Source: Armatimonadota bacterium
Lineage (GTDB): Bacteria; Armatimonadota; SYMT01
Assembly (NCBI GenBank): GCA_046292385.1
Contig: JBKBRF010000006.1
Location: 137,449 to 201,448 of the forward strand
Direction of reading: 5' to 3'
DNA length: 64,000 nucleotides
The notes below the pieces were generated by a model. The model saw only the letters and a program-made list of their open reading frames with translations, searched no databases and had not been told where the DNA came from. Shown here piece by piece: positions 20,521 to 29,113 of the stretch. Position numbers and translations under genes: made by a program. Numbering within the stretch: position 1 is the first letter of the stretch; each line of letters starts with the position of its first letter.

Positions 20521-21196
20521 CGCCACCCGCCTCCAGCAGTCCCGTGGACAGGGTGCTCCCGAGCGCTGGAACTCCAACACCGCGGCGATAGAGCCGAGAC
20601 GGGCGGAACTTCCTCGCGGGGCTGCGGGCTCTTCAGTCTCGCTCATCGGCTCGGCGTCGAGCCGGAGATCCGCAACAAGTGGCCGGTGAGTTACTCGCTA
20701 AGCCCATCCGCCAGAGGAAGCGCCCCCTCGCTCTTCATTCACGGGAACGTGTTAGCCGACAGGCGCTCGGAGCGCCTATCATCGCTGGCTCCGAGATCCC
20801 GTACTGATTAGCTTGGTGTCAGAACCAGGAAGGCCGGCGGTTCCTCGGGTCGCACCGAGGAACGCACCCATGCCAACCAGCCTCAATCGCCGCACCCGAG
20901 AGCCCAGCAGCCAAGGCTCACGGCGATAGCCACTAGCGTCGAAAGGAAACGGTGCCCAGGAAAACAAAAACTGGCGCGTGACATGCAAGGATTGCAGAGG
21001 TCTATTGCACTCGCATCCCGAAATGGGTTCTGGTGGGCATCCTAGTCGGTGCCTCGAGCGCCAACGCAGGTGTTGGCAGCGTTGATGCCCAGTCGACCCG
21101 CCGGTGAGGCTCAACCGATCCCGACGCTACCTTGTGCTCTAGTAGGAAGCTTCATTGCGCCGGCCGCCGGCTCACGTACGAAGAAGGGAGAACAAC

Positions 21197-22420
21197 GTGC
21201 GTCACGGCTCGATAGCATTCTCGTTGTGGCTAACTGCCACCTTTGCCGCAACGCTTACTCGCGCTGGTGCGGACCCGTCCCTCCCCTTGACTGAAGCTGT
21301 CGCCCAAGCCAAGGCGCGGAACCCAGTGGCTGCGGCCGCACGCGCCGAGGCCCGAGCCGCGCGCCGCGGCTTAATAGTTGCCAGGTCCTACCCAGCAGCT
21401 CACCTCATCTATGCTCCTGCGATCACCAAAGGTGGCGCACTGGAAGAGTTACGAATCAGCCAACCACTTGAGTTCGGGAGGACGCGAGCGTCGCGTATAG
21501 GTGTCGCTCGCGCCCATGTGGCGGAGGAAGAAGCAACCGCCATCACAGAGATATCTGCACTGGTTTACGACGCGAAAAGCGCATACTTCGCCCTCGGGGA
21601 ATCCCGAGCTCTTGCCCAGGCACATGCTTCAGCCATCGAGGCTACCACGGGTTTTCTTGAGACCGCCCGCAAGCGCGTTCTTTCCGGCGTGGCGCGCCCC
21701 GAGGACGAGGCTCTCCTCCAGATGTACCTCGAAGATTTGCGCATGAGCGCCGAGGAATACGCTATGAGCAGTAGGAATGCGGCAGTTTGGCTCAACACTC
21801 TAATGGCACGATCCCCTCAGGACCCAATAGGCGATCTGGAGCCGCTTTCGGTTGTGCCGATGTCCATGACGCAGGAAGAGGTGATCGCCAAGGCGCTCCA
21901 TCAAAGCAGTTCACTGAGAGTGGATGCAGCGCGGCGCTCCAGCTTCGAGCAGCAAGCCAAGCAAGCAAGTAGTCTCGATGACCTCAAGGTAGCATTGCAT
22001 TACCGTGCGGAAGAGGTCACGCGTGACATTCGCGAACAAGGATTCGGCGTTACGTTCGTATTGCCGCTTGGCAGTCAGAAAGGCACACGTGCCGCGGCTG
22101 ACCAGAAAAGAGCGCTTGCGTTGTCGCAGCAGCATAGGGAAACAGCGACGGAAAACGCTATTCGGAACGACGTGATCACGATCATGGGCGAACTCGCGCT
22201 CCTTGAGCAGTCCCTATCAGAGCACAAAGCCCGTATCGCATCTCGACAGCACATACTCCAGACACTCACGCGAGACTTTGAGACGGGTTCCGGTTCTGCA
22301 CCCGCACTCATTGAAGCACACAGAGCATATCTGAAAGCCAGCAACGACGCCATCCGGTTCCGGGCAAGACATGCTCGTGCCAAGGCCCTGCTCGATCGAG
22401 CCATGTCCGAGACCGATTGA
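21197..22420 (+). CDS. TolC-family outer membrane efflux protein (CzcC-like)
   Basis: Signal peptide, LTEAVAQAKARNP, ISQPLEFG, two helical repeats; GGGAG RBS before GTG 21197. Confidence 0.85.
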   Translation: MRHGSIAFSLWLTATFAATLTRAGADPSLPLTEAVAQAKARNPVAAAARAEARAARRGLIVARSYPAAHLIYAPAITKGGALEELRISQPLEFGRTRASRIGVARAHVAEEEATAITEISALVYDAKSAYFALGESRALAQAHASAIEATTGFLETARKRVLSGVARPEDEALLQMYLEDLRMSAEEYAMSSRNAAVWLNTLMARSPQDPIGDLEPLSVVPMSMTQEEVIAKALHQSSSLRVDAARRSSFEQQAKQASSLDDLKVALHYRAEEVTRDIREQGFGVTFVLPLGSQKGTRAAADQKRALALSQQHRETATENAIRNDVITIMGELALLEQSLSEHKARIASRQHILQTLTRDFETGSGSAPALIEAHRAYLKASNDAIRFRARHARAKALLDRAMSETD

Positions 22421-22464
22421 CGAAAACAACCCGGTTTAGTGTCGTGTCAGGGAAGCAAATCAAC

Positions 22465-23346
22465 ATGGGCACGGAAGTTACCAAAGTATACACTGGAGCG
22501 GTCGAGTTCAACAGCTGGGCACGTGACCACACCGTGCTTATGTATTCTGACGATCCGACCCAACTTCTTGACGTTGCACTTTCCTTCTATTCACTTCCCT
22601 CGACCCATCCATTGACCCCGAGTCAAGCATTAATCGGTGGTGAGGACTTCAGGGTTTATGCAAACAACCTCGATGTCACGACTGCCGTCCTTGCCGAGTT
22701 GCAGGACATGGTCAAAGCAGCGGATAAATCTCGTCTCCGCTCAGAGTACCTTCAGGGTGCACGCTCATACATCCGGTACTTGCAAGCACTGGGCACCCAT
22801 GTGCAACAGACAGCTGGGGATCAGGCTTTCGCAGAAACCCTCGCTATGACCTCAGATTGGCCCGTGCACTTCTCACGTCTGGGAGACAGAACGTATGGAT
22901 GGAGTGGCAATCTCCACCCATTTTCTTTCCTATATCGCACCATACAGATTCCGCCCATCCTCTTATCAAAAGTATGGGTGCGCTACCGATCGGCAAACCC
23001 GATGCCACTTCCTCAAACGCTCGCCGAACTGCCACTTCGAAGTATTAGCTTCTCTTGTGGCCCGGCACCTTCGTTTGAACACTTCGACCCTAGCACGTTC
23101 AACCCCGGTGGCGTACTTGTCTATGCGCTGGAGGCCGCGTACGTTAACCCATTGGAGGAACCGCTACAGGACATCCTGAGGCAACTCGATCAACTAGCAC
23201 GTGGGTTGGAGACAGTGAGAACCGAGTACTTGGAGGTGGCTCTCACCTCGATAGAACAAATCGAGCGCGATCTAAAGGCGCTTCAATCATCCACAGTGAC
23301 TCGGCTGGAGCAATTAACGCAGGCCGTGGAGCATATTGCTCCGTAA
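22465..23346 (+). CDS. Hypothetical protein with C-terminal coiled coil
   Basis: Long ORF in low-GC DNA, tightly packed; heptad-like LQDILRQLDQLARGLETV...LEQLTQAV; start 22465 or 22417. Confidence 0.7.
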   Translation: MGTEVTKVYTGAVEFNSWARDHTVLMYSDDPTQLLDVALSFYSLPSTHPLTPSQALIGGEDFRVYANNLDVTTAVLAELQDMVKAADKSRLRSEYLQGARSYIRYLQALGTHVQQTAGDQAFAETLAMTSDWPVHFSRLGDRTYGWSGNLHPFSFLYRTIQIPPILLSKVWVRYRSANPMPLPQTLAELPLRSISFSCGPAPSFEHFDPSTFNPGGVLVYALEAAYVNPLEEPLQDILRQLDQLARGLETVRTEYLEVALTSIEQIERDLKALQSSTVTRLEQLTQAVEHIAP

Positions 23347-23360
23347 CAGGGACGCCATCG

Positions 23361-24596
23361 GTGCAACTCGGAAACTATCCAGACGACCCAACACCAGGCA
23401 CTCTGGTGACGATAAAGAAGAGGATTGACGATGCAGTAAGCAGTGTGCTCCGCCTCACGGAATCGTCGACGAAGCTTGCGGCCAGTTCAAACCGAGTTGC
23501 CACGCAGTTCTTAGATCCAAATTCGCTCCAGGGGAGATTCTGGGGGCAATCGGCAAGGTTCTCAGTGGCGGTAGCAGAGCGAACACAAGATGTCGAACTG
23601 GCCATCCAAGAACGGCGGCTCAATGCGCTAATCGGAAGCACAACTCTCCATCCGATCTCGATCACTCAAGGTGATGTAACTGCGCACATAAGACCGTTGA
23701 GAAGTCCGACCGTGATTTGGACGGGTTTGGGTGTTCCACGCGCCTTGGCTGATTGCCTGTTCATACGCACCGAGTGGCGTGTCACTGTATCGGGTAGTGC
23801 GCCCAGAGATGTGAGCATCCTTCACTCGGTCATGCTCAACCTCCCTAATGAGCAGCGTCAGATCACATTGGCGGAGACTAACGCCCCCCGGTACTTGGAC
23901 TCCAGTGGCGAAATCATCGATCCCTTTGCATCCGTACCTCGGAAGAATAGCACCCGAAGTTCACTTAAGAAGCAAACCTTTGATGGAATCACGAGGGAAC
24001 TACGAAGAATACGCACGACGCTTCCCGCTCTCCCGCGGCTACCAGCTAACTTCCGCCCGCATCTCTTTCACCGAGATTATAACCTGGTTTTCGTGGGCAG
24101 AACTCTTCCGAAGCGCCGGCAGCGATTCCCGCTTTGGGTTGGGCCTATCTTTCATAATCAAGGCATTCGCCTGAAGAAGGAGCACCTTGTGCCGGAGATA
24201 CGGAACGGAATCGAGACGCAGGGCGTAAGGCTCCAGGAAATCACTTTTAGCTATGGTTTTATTGGCCTGAAGGTGCATAGGCATGATCGCTACCGCTTCT
24301 TATGGGTAACCATAGACACGGACGTGTGGCTAACGTTTGAGTTAAGGTTTCCACAGGTTGCGCCAGCACTGCTCCGCAGCAGGGCGCAGCAAGTGGCTTA
24401 CCATTGGAAGTATGAACTAAAGAACTGCTGGCCGATATGCGACGAAGTCGGGGAGTATGTTCAGGGGCGAATTGAATCCGAGATCAGGAGACACCGCGTC
24501 TTGACATTCCCTTTCCAAGATTTGCGTAGTTCCGCTACGGAAGCTCAAGCAGGAGTCACCCCGTACGGGGTTGCAATCACGATGGAGGTTCGCTGA
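23361..24596 (+). CDS. Hypothetical protein (basic, beta-rich)
   Basis: 411 aa ORF, 14 bp after the previous stop and 1 bp before the next ATG; no recognised motif. Confidence 0.7.
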   Translation: MQLGNYPDDPTPGTLVTIKKRIDDAVSSVLRLTESSTKLAASSNRVATQFLDPNSLQGRFWGQSARFSVAVAERTQDVELAIQERRLNALIGSTTLHPISITQGDVTAHIRPLRSPTVIWTGLGVPRALADCLFIRTEWRVTVSGSAPRDVSILHSVMLNLPNEQRQITLAETNAPRYLDSSGEIIDPFASVPRKNSTRSSLKKQTFDGITRELRRIRTTLPALPRLPANFRPHLFHRDYNLVFVGRTLPKRRQRFPLWVGPIFHNQGIRLKKEHLVPEIRNGIETQGVRLQEITFSYGFIGLKVHRHDRYRFLWVTIDTDVWLTFELRFPQVAPALLRSRAQQVAYHWKYELKNCWPICDEVGEYVQGRIESEIRRHRVLTFPFQDLRSSATEAQAGVTPYGVAITMEVR

Positions 24597-24597
24597 C

Positions 24598-25410
24598 ATG
24601 GCTGACACTTTTATTTGGCGAATGGACGGCACTGCTCATAAGTCGTCAGTCGATCGCCTGCGACAGGAGATTATACACGCCCACACTTCCCAGACCCCCT
24701 TGGCCATCTCCATAATCCTTAACGCCCTGCCAGTAGAGTCTCCGCAGAGTGGCGCTGCTGTAAAGAGAGGTGCGTTCAAGATCACGGGGAAGCAGTTCGA
24801 GAACGTCGGTAGCAAGGAGTTGCGGATGCAGTTCAGCGACCCAGCACTAAAAGATTTCACCGTTACCATACCGAAGCGGATTAGTGGTGCAATCGACAGC
24901 ACAACCCCTGCTCTCCGTATCAGCTTTGACAGTTTGCTCTTAGCGGACATACCTCGGCTGGCCGAGTTAGGGATCAATAGGTCTCGGTTTCAGCGAGTAA
25001 CGGGTTTCGAGTTGTCTGCCGCTACATCGGTAACCTTTCTCGCCGACGATCTTAATCCAGACAGGTTAACATGGATTGACGTTGCGCTGACAGATGCGGC
25101 CCACCGAGCATCCACGGCGGCGACCCTAATGGAGTTGGCGATGATGGCCCCGCAGCTCGCGCGGTGTCCCGAGGTCGGGGAGGTAATGCCTGTTGCATTG
25201 AGAGCGGATGATCCGTGCTGTGGTGATGAGGAAGAGAAGATATGGTACGTCGGGCGCCGTCACGGCACCGAAGGGCAGCGCCTTTGCGAGATTGCGTGCC
25301 ATAAATTCATCGTTGGCGGGCAGGTGGCGTACGACAATGTTTGGGGCCCCGACACCAAGAAAGGCTGCAATGACTATGAGGCCTTGAACTGTCCAGGCGG
25401 GCTGTGTTGA
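24598..25410 (+). CDS. Hypothetical protein with Cys-rich C-terminal domain
   Basis: GGAGG RBS before ATG 24598; all 8 Cys lie in the last ~80 aa, ending CPGGLC. Confidence 0.75.
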   Translation: MADTFIWRMDGTAHKSSVDRLRQEIIHAHTSQTPLAISIILNALPVESPQSGAAVKRGAFKITGKQFENVGSKELRMQFSDPALKDFTVTIPKRISGAIDSTTPALRISFDSLLLADIPRLAELGINRSRFQRVTGFELSAATSVTFLADDLNPDRLTWIDVALTDAAHRASTAATLMELAMMAPQLARCPEVGEVMPVALRADDPCCGDEEEKIWYVGRRHGTEGQRLCEIACHKFIVGGQVAYDNVWGPDTKKGCNDYEALNCPGGLC

Positions 25411-25459
25411 GCTTCTAGAGGTCGCACAACTGGTCCTGCAATGTCGGTGAATTGATGAA

Positions 25460-26161
25460 ATGAAGCCACCGCTTTCGTTCGTATACCGGTTAGGTTTCCA
25501 TTGGCAGCTACGTGTCGCTCGGTGGGCTCCCCCCGCCCTAGGGGCTGTTTCCGGTAGCTTGGTAGGTTATGGAGGCAGCGGTGGGCAGGTGCTTAGCTGG
25601 ATCGCCGTATACGCGTTCGCCGCTTGGGGTGTGGGGTTCGCTTTGGGGTCCAGATGGAGAACTCTGCGGAAACTAGTACGGGGGCCAATACGCGGAGAGC
25701 CATCTTGGACAGGGGGTGCACTCGCAGCGCTTGGTGGCACCGCCATCACGTTGTGGCTCTCGCATTCAAGAATATCTTATCTAGTTTTTTTCCTAGCAGG
25801 AGTCGCGCTGAACATCGCTTACCTTGGCGCGAAGGTGCGGTGCAAAGTTTTTCGCTGCTGTGAACCGTCTCGACGACCCGTTACCAACGTTGGAAAGGTC
25901 TTCGCTGAGTCCCTCCAGGATCTCGAATTTGCTTTGAGCCTCGCCGTTGTTACAGTGGCGTTGCTCCTATGCGACGGGGGCGTACAGCGCTACGAGTTGC
26001 CAACTCCTTATCTGGGTCACGCAGCGATTCGCTTTATGGATTGGCAGTTGCGTTTGCCACTTCGCGGATGGTGCCGCAATGCTCTGGATATCGGGACCGG
26101 AGGGTTTGCCATCATAGGGGTTGCCGGAGCGTTGTTACTTGATCGCGCATCTGGTAAGTAG
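25460..26161 (+). CDS. Divergent prolipoprotein diacylglyceryl transferase (Lgt)-like membrane protein
   Basis: About 7 hydrophobic segments with ordered motifs GSR, SWTGG, AKVRCKVFRCC, LQDLE and IRFMDWQLR, paralleling Lgt GxR, SxHGG, GRxGC..GCC, QLYE and RFxxEFxR. Confidence 0.55.
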   Translation: MKPPLSFVYRLGFHWQLRVARWAPPALGAVSGSLVGYGGSGGQVLSWIAVYAFAAWGVGFALGSRWRTLRKLVRGPIRGEPSWTGGALAALGGTAITLWLSHSRISYLVFFLAGVALNIAYLGAKVRCKVFRCCEPSRRPVTNVGKVFAESLQDLEFALSLAVVTVALLLCDGGVQRYELPTPYLGHAAIRFMDWQLRLPLRGWCRNALDIGTGGFAIIGVAGALLLDRASGK

Positions 26162-26170
26162 CGCGCAGGT

Positions 26171-26634
26171 TCAGGCAGCGAGGGGTCGCCGGGCGAGCCC
26201 TGGCTTCCGCCGGGGCCGATAGTGCTGCAACCGGTCTAGGCTCCAGCAGCCAAACGGCAGCCCGAAGGCCTGCGGATCGGTCAGGGCCGTGGCGATCACT
26301 CCCGCCACTCGCTCCGGCGTGTAGGTCGGAGGCATCCCGACCGCGGTTTCTCCTGCAGCCCCACCAGCCCGCGGGTATTGAACTGCTTGAGGCAGTGCCG
26401 CACCCGCGGTTCGGAGCGCCCCACGCGCCACGCCACCGCTGGCACCCGCTCCCCTTGGACCAGTTGCCAGATCAGCTGCGCCCGCTCGACCCCGCGGGCT
26501 GATGCCGTGCAGGGATGGGCGAGTGCGCGCACCTGCTCCCGCTCTTCTGTTGTTAGATCCTTTACTCGTAGCGCCACCCCCGGATCTTAGCCGATCGGCA
26601 GGATTCTGTTCAGCACTTCCCGGATGCACCACTA
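26171..26634 (-). mobile_element. IS630-family transposase remnant (frameshifted, truncated HTH region)
   Basis: LTTEEREQV..LA...RAQLI...VRHCLKQFNTRGLVGLQEKPRSG, then after a frameshift PPTYTPE...TALTDPQAFGLPFGCWSLDRL; DDE domain missing; TA-bounded end near 26634. Confidence 0.82.
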
Positions 26635-26674
26635 AGGTAGGGAGTTAGATGATGAGCAACGAGAGGAGCCGCCC

Positions 26675-27292
26675 ATGAGCCAGTATCCCGGACCGCCGCC
26701 GCCCGCCGAGCCCCAGCGGCGGGGAACCCCCGGGTGGGTGTGGGCGCTCGCCGGCTGCGGCGGCTGCGCCGTCGTGGCGCTGATCGTGGTAGTAGTGGCT
26801 TCCGTCTTCATCACCCGCACGGTGCAGCAGGCGTTCGACACCGGGCCGGTGGACCGTGCTTCGATTCAGCAGGCATTCGGGTCCGACGTGCCGCTCTACC
26901 CCGGCAGCACGGTAGACGAGGATGCCACCCGGATCATTCGCGGATCGCTGAAGCTGGTTGGCAGCCTGGCCGGATCCGAGTTGGAAGCGGCGAGCCTGCA
27001 GACGTCCGACGCTCCGGAGGAAATCTACGCCTTCTACGACGAGCGCCTTCCGAAGCTCGGCTGGAAGCGGCTGGAGCAGGCCCCGGCGGCGGATCAGGAC
27101 ACGCGGGTCTACGAGAAGGGCGAGCTGCAGATCCACCTCACGGTGACGCAAGACGAGAACAACCCGGCGTCTACCCAGATCCTGATGATGCGGGGCCCGG
27201 CGAAGCTGCTGAAGGACGTGGGGAGCAGCGACACTCCGCCGGAAGGGAACCCGGAAGAGGAAGCACCCTCCGCGAACGCGCCGGGGACGTAG
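26675..27292 (+). CDS. Hypothetical single-pass membrane protein
   Basis: GAGGAG RBS, Pro-rich N-terminus, GCGGC plus TM helix, DVPLYPGS surface-domain motif. Confidence 0.75.
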   Translation: MSQYPGPPPPAEPQRRGTPGWVWALAGCGGCAVVALIVVVVASVFITRTVQQAFDTGPVDRASIQQAFGSDVPLYPGSTVDEDATRIIRGSLKLVGSLAGSELEAASLQTSDAPEEIYAFYDERLPKLGWKRLEQAPAADQDTRVYEKGELQIHLTVTQDENNPASTQILMMRGPAKLLKDVGSSDTPPEGNPEEEAPSANAPGT

Positions 27293-27300
27293 CCGGAGGT

Positions 27301-27347
27301 CGCCGGAACGGGAGGGAGGCCAGTCCGATCTCCCTCCCGTTCCGGCG
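27301..27347. terminator. Hairpin between convergent genes
   Basis: Perfect 18 bp stem CGCCGGAACGGGAGGGAG / CTCCCTCCCGTTCCGGCG. Confidence 0.7.
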
Positions 27348-27360
27348 CGGTCCGACGCGA

Positions 27361-27828
27361 TCACATCGCGCGCGACCGCGGGGAGGGCTCCGAGATCTCC
27401 TCGACCGCTTCGGCCAGCTCGTCTTCGAGCGCTTCGTTACCGGCGGACGCGCGCGCCAGGTCGGCCTGGGCTACGATGCCGATCACGGTGCAGTTCTGAT
27501 CCACGATCGGGATGCGGCGCACCTGATAGCTCGCCATCAGCCGGACGCACTCGTCGATCGAGGCTTCCGGTCCCAGGCTCGCGACATCCTCGGACATCGC
27601 TTGGCCGACGGTCGCCTGCTGCGGGTCGATCCGCTGCGCGACGATGCGACAGACGATGTCTCGATCGGTGATGATGCCGGTCAGCCGCCGGTTCTGCTCG
27701 TTATCGACCACGGGGATCGCCCCGCAGTCCTCCTCCCTCATGATGCGCGCCGCCTCGACGATCGGCGTCTGAGCGGTGCAGCAGGTGGGGTCCGGGGTCA
27801 TCAGGTCACGCATGGTCTGGCCTGGCAT
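27361..27828 (-). CDS. CBS domain pair protein
   Basis: DLMTPDP, GAIPVVD, GIITDRDI, VRRIPIVD, GIVAQADLA. Confidence 0.92.
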   Translation of the reverse strand: MPGQTMRDLMTPDPTCCTAQTPIVEAARIMREEDCGAIPVVDNEQNRRLTGIITDRDIVCRIVAQRIDPQQATVGQAMSEDVASLGPEASIDECVRLMASYQVRRIPIVDQNCTVIGIVAQADLARASAGNEALEDELAEAVEEISEPSPRSRAM

Positions 27829-27949
27829 GGCTACTCCTCGCCGTTCGGGGATGCAGGCGGACGGAATCCCGCCGTACACGCGTGCGATACCCCCGGCCGG
27901 AGCGGCGCAAACTCAAAGGTCACTGCGCTTTGCACCCCCGCAGCCCGGG

Positions 27950-28432
27950 TCAGTGCAGCGCTGCTTCCAGCCTATCGAGCGCCTGTTCGAGCGGGACTAC
28001 CTCTTCCTCTTCCAGGCTCCCGTCGTCGAGCAGCTCCTTCACCGGTGCCGCCGCCGTGACCCACTCCATAAAGCCGGGCGGCGCCTGCCGGACCCGCTCG
28101 CGCATCCGCCGGAGCTGCTCTGCCAGGCGCTGGCGGACGGGCGGCGGCACCCTGGACCGCTCCACTACCTGCTGGTAATCGTTGAGGTCGCTCGCGATCC
28201 CGAGCTTCACGAAGCTTCCCCACCCGAAGTAGATGGCGAGGACGGCGATCGAGAATAGACCTGCGATGATCGCGAGAATCATCCCGTAGATCCGGCGCGG
28301 GGTAGGACGGCGCGGAACTCCGGGGCTCGCGTCGCCGGAGCCGGATCCGTGCGCCGGTGACACACTGCGCGCCACCCGGACCGAGTCGGTCGGCCGGGGC
28401 GGAGGCGGGGATGACGAGGGTGGCTGCTGCAT
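27950..28432 (-). CDS. Hypothetical membrane-anchored protein
   Basis: One TM segment (ILAIIAGLFSIAVLAIYFGW) followed by a helical domain; host-like codon usage. Confidence 0.6.
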   Translation of the reverse strand: MQQPPSSSPPPPRPTDSVRVARSVSPAHGSGSGDASPGVPRRPTPRRIYGMILAIIAGLFSIAVLAIYFGWGSFVKLGIASDLNDYQQVVERSRVPPPVRQRLAEQLRRMRERVRQAPPGFMEWVTAAAPVKELLDDGSLEEEEVVPLEQALDRLEAALH

Positions 28433-28538
28433 ACGAGGCTCCGAGTCCTCGTTCGCCGGACCAGCCCGCCTTCCTGCGGCACCGCGTAGAATGCCCTTGA
28501 GGCCGCCAGCCGTGCCGCGGCCTCAAGTGAGGAACGCC

Positions 28539-29027
28539 ATGTCACTCCCCAGGCAGATACTCGGGTTCGTCGGCTGGGTGGTCGTCAGCTTCGCTGCGGC
28601 GGCGACGGGGGGCATCGCCTCGACGCGCGCTCCGTCGTTCTACGCACAGCTCGCTCGTCCGGAGTGGGCGCCGCCGGCCTGGCTCTTCGGCCCCGTCTGG
28701 AGCGTCCTCTACCTGCTGATGGGCATCGCAGCGTGGCTCGTCTGGCGGGAGGGCGGCTTCCGCCGGCAAGCTGCCCCGCTCTCGCTCTACCTGGCCCAGC
28801 TGGTCGCCAACGCGCTTTGGACCTGGCTCTTCTTCGCCTGGCGGCAGGGAGCGCTCGCGTTTGCCGAGATCGTCCTGCTCTGGCTGCTCATCGCCGCGAC
28901 CGCGGCCATGTTCTGGCGGGCAAGCAAGCCGGCCGCCCTGCTGCTCCTTCCGTACCTCGCGTGGGTCACCTATGCGGCGGCGCTCAGCTACACGCTCTGG
29001 CAGCGCAACCCCGGCGTCCTGGGCTAA
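28539..29027 (+). CDS. tspO: TspO/MBR tryptophan-rich sensory protein
   Basis: LARPEWAPPAWLFGPVWSVLYLLM, QLVANALWTWLFF, LLLPYLAWVTYA. Confidence 0.93.
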   Translation: MSLPRQILGFVGWVVVSFAAAATGGIASTRAPSFYAQLARPEWAPPAWLFGPVWSVLYLLMGIAAWLVWREGGFRRQAAPLSLYLAQLVANALWTWLFFAWRQGALAFAEIVLLWLLIAATAAMFWRASKPAALLLLPYLAWVTYAAALSYTLWQRNPGVLG

Positions 29028-29113
29028 GCTCGTAACCGCCGAGGGCAACGCGGGCCCCCTGTCGAACGGACGCTCGGCGCGGCTCGACAGGCGGGCCGGC
29101 AGCGGGAGCAGGC

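Noticed and set aside
20640..21150. Short ORFs in the island's left spacer
   Set aside because: No RBS, motif or consistent coding signal; probably degraded DNA
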